Assembly (NCBI RefSeq): GCF_006345805.1
Contig: NC_043007.1
Location: 45,446,001-45,510,000, forward strand
Source: Octopus sinensis
Taxonomy: Eukaryota
Length of the DNA: 64,000 nt
Direction of reading: 5' to 3'
Shown here: positions 12,610 to 24,664 of the stretch, piece by piece
How the letters are laid out: each line of letters begins with the position of its first letter
Position numbering within the stretch: position 1 is the stretch's first letter
Notes under the pieces: model-generated
Database searches by the model: none
What the model was told of the DNA's origin: nothing
Seen by the model: only the letters and a program-made list of their open reading frames with translations
Program-made: the position numbers and the translations under genes

Positions 12610-12900
12610 ACAAGCATATATGGGTACAGGACACCACAAAAAAACGTAGTACACAACAAGAAACGAAAACATAAAGACAAAGCATGGAAACGGACTTTTT
12701 TAAACAACGAAAAAACATAGTACAAGACATACAACACAAGGAACATGCCCTTTCTTCAGCTACCCCTGCTTCGATTTATTGCGTGTTTCGAAGGTAAGGG
12801 CAAGACACGACTTTATTGAAACAAATAAAATTTGGGATTTTTTGCGGAGGGGTAAAAATGGTGACAAGAACAGTATAGTAAAAACAAAATAAGACAGTAA
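12610..12900 (-). mobile_element. Dispersed short repeat with terminal motif CTGTACCCATATATGC (PLE-terminus-like family)
   Basis: Identical 16-mer at 12614-12629 (-), 13423-13438 (-) and 46963-46978 (+), with similar adjacent T-rich sequence. Confidence 0.65.
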
Positions 12901-13348
12901 AAGCAATACAAATAAAGATAAAAACAGTAAAAGACAGGACAAGGAGAAACAACCGATAAGGACCTTTTTAAGTCTAGACGATGGAAAAATTCATTTGAAC
13001 GCATTGAGAAAACGGCTTACGAGGACAGGAGAAGCCGTTGTTGACTTGTTGAAGGCAGTAGTCAGAAAGAAAGTTAGTAGCCCTCTGGTCAGCGACGAGG
13101 GGAAGGAGGAGGAGTGAGAGAGAGAGGGAACGGTGAAAGAGAGAGGAAAAGAATAGGGAACGGTGGGAGACAAAACCAGAAAGGATGAAAATTAAGAGAG
13201 GGAGAGGGACAGTTATAGAGGAAGACAGACAAGTAGGGAGGAAATGTCAAATAAAGGGTGAAGAGAGCGCGTCATAATTATTAAAATAAAACTTACTTGG
13301 AAGAACACAAATAAAACATATGCATACACACACACACACATATATATA

Positions 13349-13395
<47 letters not shown>

Positions 13396-13419
13396 TACCT
13401 ACATTTATATGTATATATA

Positions 13420-13620
13420 CATGCATATATGGGTACAGGACGCCACAAAAAAAAAAACGTAGAACACAGCGAGAAACGAAAACAAAAACAAAACATGGAA
13501 ACGGACTTTTGTAAACAACAAAGAATTTAAACAATGAAGAATTTCCTTCCGTCTGGCTGTTTTTCTCTCTACAAAACGGAAAATTGCATCATGGAACAGT
13601 AATTTTAACAAGCAATTGCA
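13420..13620 (-). mobile_element. Second copy of the CTGTACCCATATATGC-terminated repeat
   Basis: ~110 bp of clear similarity to 12610-12720; internal similarity to 46750-46850 (aaaacagcc.gac...aagg...attc). Confidence 0.65.
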
Positions 13621-13862
13621 GCGTGGAAGGTGTTTGTAAGCCATTTAAGAAACATACAAAGGCCGTTCGATTCACTTCAACATTTAAGTTTAAGTTGTCA
13701 AAATATTTTCGTCGCTAAAATCCACGACCTGTTCGGCACACGATCTCAGATCAAATCACTTGCTATGCGAGTACATCTCAATTTTAACAAGATTTTTTTT
13801 ATTCTTCACCCGACAAGATACGTCTGCACCACCGGATACTCCTGTACCAGTTTTTGTGTGTC

Positions 13863-13907
13863 CCACAAGAAGAGTCGATGCTAGATATGTCGAAACAATT
13901 GTTGTGG
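13863..13907 (+). ncRNA. Degenerate hammerhead-like motif
   Basis: Stem I CCAC/GUGG, palindromic stem III ACAAUUGU, GUU site, GAAAC; but the core reads AAGAAGA (not CUGANGA) and stem II is weak. Confidence 0.3.
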
Positions 13908-14226
13908 TTAATAATATATCCTAGTATATTCCATCATCTGTCTTTCATTTGTTATTTACCTATATACAAATAAATGTATACACACACACATATACATATA
14001 TATATATATAAATATAAATATATATACATACATGTATATTTTTAAATATATATATTTAACACATATAAATGTGCCTGCGTATACATTACATATATGTATG
14101 TATTTTTTATATTGACATATATATATGTACATACCAGTACGTGTATGTGAATATATAATGTATATATTAATATGAATATGTATGTATACACCCCAAAGAC
14201 GCGCGCACACGCACACAAACATACAT

Positions 14227-14270
<44 letters not shown>

Positions 14271-14835
14271 GCTGCTATGTATGTATGCATGCATGCATGT
14301 ATGTATTCTATCTCCAAATTTGATTCAATCGTCTGTTCTATGCAACTCGTTGATGGTTCTATACGTATAATGGAAGTGAATGTAATTACAGAGTATATAT
14401 TTAATTAACTGGCGAAGCTTTGATGAAGTAGGAAATGTCCGTAATGGTGTACAACACTTAACGCTTGCACGTGATCAGCAGTGATACGTACTAAAGTTCA
14501 CAGCTGCAGTAAATATCATTTTTGTCGCACAAACAAGGATGCTTTCATATAGTTGTGCAACCTTTTAGAAAAATGTTCAGCGAAATTATTGTAAAACCAC
14601 ATTCTCTTCATACATACATACATACATACATACATACATACATACATACATACATACATACATACATACATACATACATACATACATACATGTATGCATA
14701 CGTACATACGTACATATGTGTCTATGTGTGTATAGATACGTTCACGCACAAACATTCACGCACAAACATTCACACATTTACACATCCATACATATTTAGG
14801 CGTAGGAGTGGCTGTATGCGAAGAAGCTTGCTTCC

Positions 14836-16444
14836 GTTTCCGTTTGTATCAGTGCTGTTCTTACACCGTAGAAAAAGAAGCTCAAATCTAAAGTAAGACT
14901 TTTGTTTTTTGGGTTCACTGGATTCTGAATTCTGGTCTACCTACAGTTGGGCAAAGTTTGTTTAGGTTAAGTGAATTGTTTTTGTCACTTAATTGTGAGA
15001 ATTGTTGTTTTGAGGCCGTTATTCGCCTCTAAAAATAGCTGAATTTTTTTCACTAATATTTTGTGAAATTTGTGTAGGCTCTGTTTCAGTTGTAGCGTTC
15101 CGATTTCTAATCTCACTTAATTCTGAGAATTGTTGTTTTGGAAACGAAAAATTGTGAAAAATGGTGAAATATTTGGAAAAATTCTACCAATTTGTGGCGA
15201 ATTTTTTGTGTTACTGATGCTTTCACCCTGGAGTGCCTATTTGGAGTGCCTGTTGACCTGGAGTACCTAGTGGCAGGAAAATTTGTATCTGCTGTGTTCT
15301 TGAACTGCTTTCCTTCTTTCTTTTTCTCTGATCTGTCTTTCTGTTCTTTTTTGTCTTTTTGGACTTTATTTAGACTTTTTGTTGTGAACTATTTATTGGA
15401 TATTTTTCTGCAAGCATGGCAAAGAAAGTAAACACTGCGTTGGAGTGCGAGATTGTCCCACACAAGCAATGGTTAAAAGACTTAAATGAGAGAACAGTGG
15501 TGTTGAGGACTAAGTAACTCGACACCATAACGGTCTTTCTCAAAGTTGAAATTGAAAAAGAGTTCTGGGAAGAAATTAACAAGAGCTTGGATCTGTGGGC
15601 TGCTTCCCGGGATAGAGGCTGCAAGTGGATAGAGGACACTATCTGTAAAATTTTTACCGGCGGCTGATTGAGTAGGGTCAAAAGCGGTTTTGACCCTGTG
15701 AACCCAATCAGCCAAGAATCTGGTTTTTCCAGAATTTTTTGAAAATGGTCGGTTCTAGGTATCCGGTGATTCTTGAGGGACGCCACCCCAAGTGTCACCT
15801 GTTTCTGGAACTAGGCCATATTAAAAAGAACTGCCCCAAGGACCAAGGTAAGGTCCTGGAATAGCTATTGATGGAAGAACCCAAACCTCTTCATTCGGAG
15901 AGAGAGACGGAGGTAGTGAATACTTCCTAAAAAAAGCGGAAAAAAGGAAGGTGGGCAACAATGGTTTCCCAACGAAGGACCCCGAGGCTGTGGGAACTAG
16001 GGAAAATCCTCCGGTTAAAGCAGAGGAACTACACCCTCCCGTAGCAAAGGGGAGAAAAAAGAAGAAAAACGGGACAATGCCGGCGGTTAATACACTGCCG
16101 GCATGTTCCGAAGCTCTGTTGGTGGGAATTGTGCCACTGAAGGTGGAAGTCGTAAAAAAGAAGAAAAACGGGACAGTGCCTGGGGTGAATACACTGCCGG
16201 CACGTTTCAAAGCCCCGTCGGTGGATATTGTGCCACCGACGTAGGAAGTTGTAGCCTCGGCCCAATGGAGGAACAAAATTTGGTTTTCTCCAGAAAGTGA
16301 GAGGCAATGGGAAAGCTTTTTAAAAAGCTTGCCAGGGGCGGGGGGAGACACAACCTGAAATGGCCTCTTTCCCTGTATTATGCTTCCGATTGAGGTACTC
16401 TGATCTGGCACTTTCAGAGTGCCTGAGTGACACTTCGATATGGA
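14836..16444 (+). mobile_element. 5' portion (5'UTR + disrupted ORF1) of a Tx1/L1-like non-LTR retrotransposon; ORF2 absent
   Basis: ATG at 15416; stop/frameshift-disrupted frame containing YPVILEGRHPK-C-HL-(F)-LELG-H-IKKN-C-P (15793-15834), a CX2CX4HX4C knuckle with the second Cys mutated TGT>TTT, preceded by the typical V.(L/Y)EG motif; basic low-complexity C-terminus. Confidence 0.7.
16056..16253 (+). repeat. Two diverged 99-bp (33-aa) in-frame tandem repeats in ORF1
   Basis: KKKKNGTMPAVNTLPACSEALLVGIVPLKVEVV / KKKKNGTVPGVNTLPARFKAPSVDIVPPT*EVV; period 99 (16071 vs 16170). Confidence 0.85.
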
Positions 16445-16770
16445 ATTCTGTCGGTTACAACGACGAGGGTTCCAGTTGATTCGATGAACGGAACAGCCTG
16501 CTCGTGAAATTAACGTCCAGGAGGCTGGGTAGTCCACAGACATACGTGCCCTTAACCTAGTCGTGAGGGAGATTCAGGGTGACACAGGATTTGACTAGGC
16601 TGGCTCTTTTAAAAACACGTACTGCTCATGTTTGCCAGCTGAATGGACTGGAGCAACGTGAAATAAAGCTTCTAGGCTAGGGACAGAGATCTCTCCCGGG
16701 AATTGCACCCACGACTTACGATCGTGTGTCGAATACCCTAACCACTACGTCACTCGCCTTCGCAAACCGC
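16445..16770 (-). mobile_element. tRNA-derived CORE-SINE, family C
   Basis: Reverse complement aligns over ~320 bp with 57740-58062 (ctttatttcacgttgctccagtcca.tcagctggcaaa ... ccctcgtcgt.gtaacc). Confidence 0.85.
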
Positions 16771-16984
16771 ATATATGAATCCACAACTACTCACAGCGGA
16801 AGTACAGCTGGAAAGAGTAATTTGCATATAAAACGGATTCTTGATCTTTCGTCCGATTAATAAATTACTAGGAGATTAATAGTGTTTTGTCTCAAAGTTA
16901 TACGGTAACACAGCTTATGTCTACGGATGTTTGAACAATACTGTACATAATAGAGAAATGTAAAATCCTTCTCTTTGTTCTTTT

Positions 16985-17372
16985 ATACTTTTATTCTTTT
17001 GCTTGTTTCAGTCATCTCACTGCGGCCATGCTGGGGCACTATTTCAAAGATATTTAGCCTAACTGTTCGATCCCAATACTCATGTTTTTAAAGCCCGTTA
17101 CTTATTCTATCGTCTCTTTTGCCGAATCGCTTATTGACAGGGGGACAATTTACAGCGGTGGTGGGCGACAAACACGCGCGCGCACACACAGAGATATATA
17201 CACATATGTACATATACGACGAGCTACTTTCAATTTCAATCTGCCAAATCCACTCATAAGGCTTTGGTCGGCCCGAGACAATTGCTCAAGATGCCATGCA
17301 CTGGAACTAAACAGAGAACGACCACGGGGTTGGGAAGCAAGATTCTCACCACACATCCCTGTCTACGCCTCT
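16985..17372 (-). mobile_element. Full-length SINE family B
   Basis: Head (aggcgtagacagggatgtgtggtgagaatcttgcttcccaacc), central (CA)n linker and ...gactgaaacaagcaaaaga tail all present. Confidence 0.85.
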
Positions 17373-17409
17373 TTGCTTACAATATAATTACAGAAAACAA
17401 TCAGTAGGT

Positions 17410-17592
17410 CTATATTTAAGAGATGAGGAATCATGTACATTATTTACAGTATTCACATTCTTGTAAATTCTTGTTTGTTGTTAACACAACGTTTCGGCTG
17501 ATATACCCTTCAGCCTTCATCAGTTGTCTTGGGGAAATTTTGAACCTGGTTTCTCATTCCTAAGGTAATATTATTGTTGCTGTTGTTGTTGT
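17410..17592 (-). mobile_element. Hammerhead-bearing tail element (same family as 63370-63545)
   Basis: Reverse complement aligns with 63370-63545; preceded by an (AAC)n run as in the 63 kb copy. Confidence 0.85.
17483..17528 (-). ncRNA. Minimal type I hammerhead ribozyme
   Basis: gacaa-CUGAUGA-A-GGCUGA(AGGGUAUA)UCAGCC-GAAAC-GUU/GUGUU; perfect 6-bp stem II, ACGU palindrome, GUU site; core-proximal stem I pair mutated (A.G). Confidence 0.75.
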
Positions 17593-17704
17593 TATACATG
17601 TATATATATGTATACACACACACACACACACACATGTGTGTGTGTGTATGTATGTATGTATGTATGTATGTATGTATGTATGTATATATATATATATATA
17701 TATA

Positions 17705-17793
17705 TCGGCAAACTGGCAGAATCGTTAGCATATCGGTGAAAATTCCGCAAAGTATTTCGTCCGGCATATTATCGGTTCTGCCAGCTCACCGCC
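17705..17793. mobile_element. Two SINE family A heads joined in inverted orientation
   Basis: cggcaaactggcagaatcg... followed by ...cggttctgccagctcaccgcc (reverse complement of the head). Confidence 0.6.
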
Positions 17794-18289
17794 TCCTTCT
17801 TAATAATAAGATTTTTTCCTTTTTCTTTTAATCTGACGTGTACATCATGATTCCCCATCAACGAAAACAAATGTCATTTACTTCCTCTGTAACTACGTAA
17901 CTACACCCAAACCAATATTTTAACGACGTTAGAAAATATACATTGTTTTATGTGGTGTTTAGTATTTTATTTTGTCTACAGTGTAATTAGCTTGTAGTCA
18001 CAATGACGTCGTTCTATTTCCATCGGGAATGAGATTTACATCAGAGATATACTTGAAATACCAGGAGCTGATCATGCTACCCCAGGTAAATCTATAAACC
18101 CAGGACGCCAGGGAAATTTTGTCTAGCTTTCTACATCTTAATTATACATCTACACTAGGATTTTTATCAGACGAAAAAATGTTCTTATTTGTTTATTTTT
18201 TATCTAATATTATTCCTGCATATATTGAACAATATTCTGCACAACTCGCTCCAACTCCATGTCATTCATTAACGAATTCTGAAACTCAA

Positions 18290-18830
18290 TAAGATTTTTC
18301 CTTTCTCCTTAATTCCTTATCTTGCCAACATCTCTCATCGCGCTTACTACTCCTCATCTCCACCTCCAATACTATTTCCATGATCACACTTCCTTTCTTC
18401 CTTCCTTCCTTCCTTCATTCATTCATTCATTCATTCATACATATATTCATAAGTCCTCCTTTCCCTCTCCTTCTCTTCGTGTTGTTCTTTTTCTTCTTCA
18501 TCGTCGTCCTCCGCCTCCTTCTACTTTACCTCCCCTTTCTTTTTACTACTCCACCCTAACCTCTGACCCGTCTCGATCTTTTTTTCTTTCTTCACGTCAT
18601 TCTCCGGCTTTCTACTCTTCCTTCTTTTATGATTTTTTTTCTCCTCGTCCTCCTCTCTCTACTCCCCCTGTTTCTCCTTTTCTCCGCTTCCTTCTCATTT
18701 CTTCTCCCCGTCTCCTTGCTGCTATTCGTATCCCACTTTGTTATTTTTCTACATCCTACCCTAAATCAACCATCTCACTCCTACATGCCTTCCTTCGCTC
18801 CTACACTCCCAGATATACATCTCTTTTATC
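18290..18830. repeat. Long pyrimidine-rich low-complexity tract incl. (CTTC)n/(ATTC)n
   Basis: Strong C/T strand bias over ~540 bp. Confidence 0.8.
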
Positions 18831-19189
18831 CTGATGGTGATATAAGCCGTCTTCCCCTCACTCATCATCACACTATGTCATCACTATGTCCCAGAGAGTA
18901 GGCAACTCCGACATGGCCTGTTATCTTGATAACATCTCATTGTTGCCACTGATATCTGAATTCTTTGCTTTCCATTCCATTTTAAAAATATTTTAATGAA
19001 TTCGAAAATATTTAAATAATGATTAAAAAATGCAAATGCAATCACAGGGACATGTACATTTAGTAACACAATAATGTACATACAAACACACACATACACA
19101 CACGCGCACGGACGCATACGTGCATTGAGACACACACACACACACATATAGCCAAGTGTCAGCTAAGCAGTGTGTAATTATGAGCAGAA

Positions 19190-19518
19190 TTTTAAAATTT
19201 ATTTATACGCCCTTTGCAAGCCTAGCCAGGCTCATGGGCCTGGTTTCCCGGTTTCTGTGTGGCATGTGCTCCCCCCCCCAGCTGGACGGGACGCCAGTCC
19301 ATTGCAGCGTTACTCAAGAGACAGGAAGAAAGTGTGATAGAAAGTTAGGGCGAAACAGTACAACAGGGGTCGCCACCCCCACCCCGCTGCTGTAGCCTCG
19401 TGGAGCTTTTAGGTGTTATTCACTCAATAAACACACGCAACGCCCGGTCTGGGAATCGAAACCGCGACCCTCCGACGTCAAGTCCGCTGCCCTAACCACT
19501 GGGCCATTGCGCCACCAC
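19190..19518 (-). mobile_element. tRNA-derived SINE with V-domain-like core
   Basis: Minus strand: A box TGGCCCAGTGG, B box GTTTCGATTCCC, and GCAATGGACTGGCGTCCCGTCCAG resembling the V-SINE core GCGATGGACTGGC..C.GTCCAG. Confidence 0.7.
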
Positions 19519-19599
19519 ATGACCAGAATTAGGTAAGTTAAAATATGGTTGTCACTCATTTCAAATATGAGACAACATAGTTCAGCTTATTTAATTCTG

Positions 19600-19635
<36 letters not shown>

Positions 19636-19640
<5 letters not shown>

Positions 19641-19955
19641 TTCCGGGTTCACTCCCACTGCGTGGCACCTTAGACAAGTGTCTTCTATACTAGCCTCGGG
19701 CCGACAAAAGCCTTGTGAGTGGATTTGGTAGACGGAAACTGAAAGAAGCCCATCGTATATATGTATATACATATATATATATGTATGTGTGTGTGTATAT
19801 GTTTGTGCGTCTGTTTGCCCCCCCCCAAACCGATAGAATAAGTATTAGGCTTACAAAGTATAAGTCCTAGGGCTAATTTGCTCAACTAAAGGTGGTGCTC
19901 AGGCATGGCCACAGTCACGTGACTGAAACAAATAAGAGAGTAAAAGAGTAAAAGT
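19636..19955 (+). mobile_element. SINE family B (5' tip missing)
   Basis: tggttccgggttcactcccactgcgtggcacc ... ggtggtgctcaggcatggccacagtc...gactgaaac. Confidence 0.85.
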
Positions 19956-20569
19956 GTATACACACGATATATGTACATACATTTATACTTATTTATACAG
20001 AAATATACACACAGACATGCAATCGTCGGTCAAAGAGAAAGATAGGAAAATGAAATAGAAGCCTTATCGGTATCGACACATGTCCTGACAATCACATTTT
20101 TTGCTAACGGAAGGAGACTGACGTGATCGGAAGACCTTCCAGGAAAAAGACACAAGTTTGACAATCTAGACCTAAATTCTATGGGAAAAGACTCGTTAAT
20201 CACGAAACTATGGTCTGTAGCTGATTGATAGGCATACGTTTAACAATGTACATAATAATAAAATATATATACATACATACGCACATGCATACACATAATC
20301 ACACACATTGTGTATGTATATATATAATTGATAACAAAGAGGAAAATGGAGATCTATTCACATCCAAAACATTTTTCTAACGTTTTCTACAGCATATACA
20401 ACATATGTTTCCACCGCAGTAACTGCATATTACTCTGTATGCAAATATGTATCGTCGTTCCTGCAATTTCACCAAGGATCCATCACTTACGATATTTTCA
20501 AAGCGAACTAATTCACTTGTGTTGGCATTCAGGTGAAGGTGATACCGTTACATATTAAATCAAATTGAA

Positions 20570-22015
20570 TTCTGGTCTTATAATCACCTTTACTGGTTAC
20601 AGTTGAAGCGTGCTTTTAAAATGTTTATTTTGAGTATAATTAATTGTAGTAGTTTTGTTTACAATTGCATTTTGCTGTATGGAGCACATTCAGAGGTGTT
20701 TCGCTTATTTAGGGTTTCTACCCTCAGTTAATATTATTTTTATTATTATCATTATTATTTTTATTAGTATTATTTGTATAAATATCGTCAATTATTACAA
20801 TCATCATTGTAACTCGCTTAATTAATGTAGATAGTAAATTGTGTTTATTTAAATCGTTTAAACGTATATTTTGTCAAGAGTGAACATCTTAGTTCCTATT
20901 CCTGACTAGTGTTTATAAGAGTAAATCTAGAAGTGGAAATTTGGTACATTTCTTCCACATAAAACTCACATCTATTATTGCCTATTGTATAAGGTTTTGC
21001 CTTACTAATCCTTTTCCAAGCAAACGAAAATACTTTGTTACTATCTTTTAGTGCCCAAACTTGTTAAGTAAATCTAGTAGTGTTCATTGTGTTCCTATGA
21101 CTGATCGAATTTAATTAATTGGCTTTATTTGTTTAATATAACATGAGGTAACTCTTACAGGTAATCTTACATCTGTATATGACATTTTTATACCTACTAT
21201 TTGTGTTAGGCGGGCAGGCCCCATTCCTTGCACAATCGCATTTGATAGTTCTCCTACTTCTATTAATAGTTTCCGCTTCATCTTCTCTAGATGTGATTTC
21301 TACATTCTCCCTTCTATCTTCTGAGCTATTACTGTTTCCACACAGACAACATTCTGAGTACAGTGCTTTTTAGGATTCACACCTACTTCGGGGCTAATGC
21401 GGGAGTTTGTTCGGGTAGCCTTTTTTTATTGGTTGTCAAACCATAGTCCCTTTCCTGATACCTAGTTTTGTTACTTATGGTTTGTTCGCTTATGTTGACA
21501 TTGCTGCTATTAATTCAGTTATATTATTTTGGATACTATTGTTGTTACTGTCTATATAGAAACTGTTAAATTTACTAGCGCTGTGTGCCACTATAATTTG
21601 TGCTAGATTTTTGCTATTAGAAAAGGCTAGTCTAATTCTATGTTTAATAATTCTATAGCATTTCCTGTCTTTTGGAAAATGTTTAGCTAATGCCGAATAA
21701 ATAAATCTTGGTATAATAGAAATTATTTGTATATAATTCCGAAGGGAATTATATACCACTAGATATAGCTAGAATTATCTATGTTATTGAAGTGGGTATT
21801 TCTATTCCTACCTAAGGTTTTGAAAAAGTAGGTAACGCATTCGAATATTTGCATTTCTGAATAGTAACACGGAACTATTCAACAAGTGAAACCTACAAGT
21901 GACAGTATCTGTTTTAAACTTTCGTACTATGTAATTGGATTGTTGTGGATAGCCGGCATCTATATCATTTTGTGAAATAATACGATATCCACCAGAATAA
22001 TCTATCGCATTCATA
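20570..22015 (-). mobile_element. Decayed Penelope-like element 3' half (linker + GIY-YIG endonuclease region + 3'UTR)
   Basis: Minus-strand remnants LAKHFPKDRKCYRIIKHRIRLAFSNSKNLAQII, KCDCARNGACP...NVIYRCKI, and VWALKDSNKVFSFAWKRISKAKPYTIGNNRCEFYVEEMYQI...KYTFKRFK* (stop at 20845), matching PLE motifs KHFP...SYS...I, CNC...CP...VIY and W.LK...W.I..KAKPY...RC. Confidence 0.85.
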
Positions 22016-22035
22016 TACATGCATACATACATACA

Positions 22036-22069
<34 letters not shown>

Positions 22070-22249
22070 CATATACGCTGGGGACTTACCTCCTTTGTCA
22101 GTCAATAAGACAATAATTTTATGGCTTCTGAGTTGTTTTAACTCTTATCTTTAGCAAAAGCCGTGCTAGTCATTACCCTCTGTCACTTTTGCGACATCTG
22201 TTAATTTTTCCCCCGCCCCTATATATATGAATTTCAGGTAACGTCTCAT

Positions 22250-22430
22250 GAAGGGGGCAAGTTGACAGAATCCTTAGTAATCCGGCATTTCGTTTAAATT
22301 TTCGTTCAGAGTTCAAAATCACTGAGGTCAAATTTGCATTTCATCCTTTCGGGATCGATAAAACAGGTACTATTTAAACAGTAAGGTTCATATGATGGAA
22401 TTAACCTTACTTGTGGCAAAATTTCAAACC
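22250..22430 (+). mobile_element. SINE family A, decayed
   Basis: ttcagagttcaaaatcactgagg...tttcatcctttcgggatcgataaaacaggtac. Confidence 0.7.
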
Positions 22431-22665
22431 AATATTACGTCTGATGATGTAAAACAATAAGCACATACAATAAATGCTTAGATTGATTTCTGGCATAAAC
22501 TCCAAATTCAACCGCAATGAAGAATGCTACTACTGCCTAAATGATGTACGCAATGTTTTAATCGGAGCTGATACGTATTTAACAAAATAAAATAAAATAG
22601 AAAGACAAAGAAATGTACGAAGTGTGTGTATATATATATATATATATATATGTGTATATATATAT

Positions 22666-22900
22666 AACGGGAAGCTTTATGAAAATAAACAAAAGACGAA
22701 GGCAGGTGGAAAACAAACGAACAATTGTATTAGTATGGCGCTCAGGAAATATAAATAAAACAAGTCTTTAACGTTTCGAGCCTACGCTCTTCAACAGAAA
22801 GATACACAGAGAGAGAAAAACACAGAAAGAAGGAGAGAAAAAAAGAAGAGAAAAAAAAGGAGAGAAAAAAAATGCGTGCAGTAGCTAACGAATCAACATG
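22666..22900 (-). mobile_element. Short PLE-terminus-like repeat ending at (TA)n
   Basis: Contains a hammerhead fold, T-rich 3' segment ending ...aagcttcccgttata next to an (AT)n array. Confidence 0.6.
22765..22802 (-). ncRNA. Minimal type I hammerhead variant (A6U core)
   Basis: UCUUU-CUGUUGA-A-GAGC(GUAG)GCUC-GAAAC-GUU/AAAGA; perfect 5-bp stem I, 4-bp stem II, ACGU palindrome; predicted site between 22770 and 22769. Confidence 0.7.
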
Positions 22901-23079
22901 TATATATGTATATATATTGACCAATGAAATCGCAGCTAAGTCTGATTTTTACGCTTTGCTATTTGCAATTTTTACACTTTTTAATGTTGAAATAAACTAG
23001 TAATTTCATGCGTTACGCCATAATCAGGTTTAGCTAGTGGCGGTCATGTTCCATGATTCATACACAATAAAAACTCAGA

Positions 23080-23162
<83 letters not shown>

Positions 23163-23191
23163 ATAATTACTTATGCGTGTATTCATATATG

Positions 23192-23250
<59 letters not shown>

Positions 23251-23284
23251 TATTTATATGTATTTATATAAATTTATCTATATG

Positions 23285-23860
23285 TAGGCGTGGCTGCGGT
23301 GTTCAGTCTCAGAGCATTAGGCAAGTATTTCTGACAGTAGTCTCGGGTCAACTAAAGCTTTGTGATTGGATTTGGTAGACGGAAACTAAAAGAATCGATG
23401 CGTGTATATATATGTATCGTTGGTATTATGTTAAAATTTCTTCAGACCAAATTTGGCCAAATGCTTTTTTTTTTTCAATATTTATTTTTGCTTGCCATAG
23501 CCAGTTCGTTTGGTCAATCCCTTGTATCATTAGCTGCTTGAGATGCCAAGATATCAGCAATTGTGAAAGTGTAGTACAACGGCTTTGCTATGGAATGTTG
23601 AGACTATTTCGTTCTCTGAAAAAGGAAACGTTCTGGACTTGAGACACTTTTGCATAATAACAACAATATATGTGTGTGTGTGTATGTGTGAGTGCATTTG
23701 CATGTGTGTTTGTCCCTCACCACCGTTTGAGAACCGATGCTGTCGTGTTTACGTCCTTGTAGCCTAGCAGTTCGGCAAAACAAAATGAGAGAATAAGTAG
23801 TGGGCTTAAAAATAAGCCGTGGTGTCGATTTGCTGAACTAAAACAAACTAAAATACTAAA
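23285..23860 (+). mobile_element. SINE family B split into head (23285-23410) and tail (23670-23860) by ~260 bp of other sequence
   Basis: Head aggcgtggctgcgg...ggatttggtagacggaaactaaaagaa; tail ccgtttgagaaccgatgctg...gcagttcggcaaaa. Confidence 0.6.
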
Positions 23861-24615
23861 AAGAATATTTATATATTTGCGTGTGTTTGTGTTTGAGACA
23901 CCCGTATAGACACCCGTATCGATGTGACGTAAGTAGCAATTAGTTATATGAGGTTATAAAAATGAATAATTCTATATATCCATGGACGTCATAAAAAGCA
24001 GGAGAGTGATAAATTGTTAATTGTCGCTCAGATAACACTGCTATTGTACGGTTTCTTTGTGACAATGTTTCAACATGACATTCAGACTCTCACGATAAAT
24101 GCTTATTAGTTCGTTTTCTCTGCGTCTCTGCCTCTTTATCTCTTCTTCTCAATATATATTGTATACATGTTATACACAAACCCACACCCATACCCACGTA
24201 TATAGATATTGTATATATGCTATATATATATCAATGTGTGTCTCTGTATATATATTTATATATATATGTACGGACTTCAATACACACGCTGGAATGTTTA
24301 AGAGAAACGATAGAAGCTTTATTGTTTGCTTCCTAAGTCCTCTCAGTGTAAGTTATAGACTTGTCAGTGCAGTCGTTGAAATTATAACTTCTTTGACAAT
24401 ATTAATGAATCCCATGTGCATGTTTTCATACACACACACACACACACGCATACGCACACGTATACATAGACATGTATGCATGCTTATATGTATGTGTATA
24501 TGTGCATGTGTTTTGTATGCCTCTCTATATGCGTTTATATATATCAGGTTTATATATATATATAATATGTGTGCGTATATATATACATATGCATATATAT
24601 AGACAGATATAAATG

Positions 24616-24664
<49 letters not shown>

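Noticed and set aside
20382-20541. Strong-looking + strand acceptor (CTAAC...TTTTCTACAG) and candidate exon
   Set aside because: Two of three phases hit stops and the open phase gives no recognisable protein; donor GTGAAG is weak.
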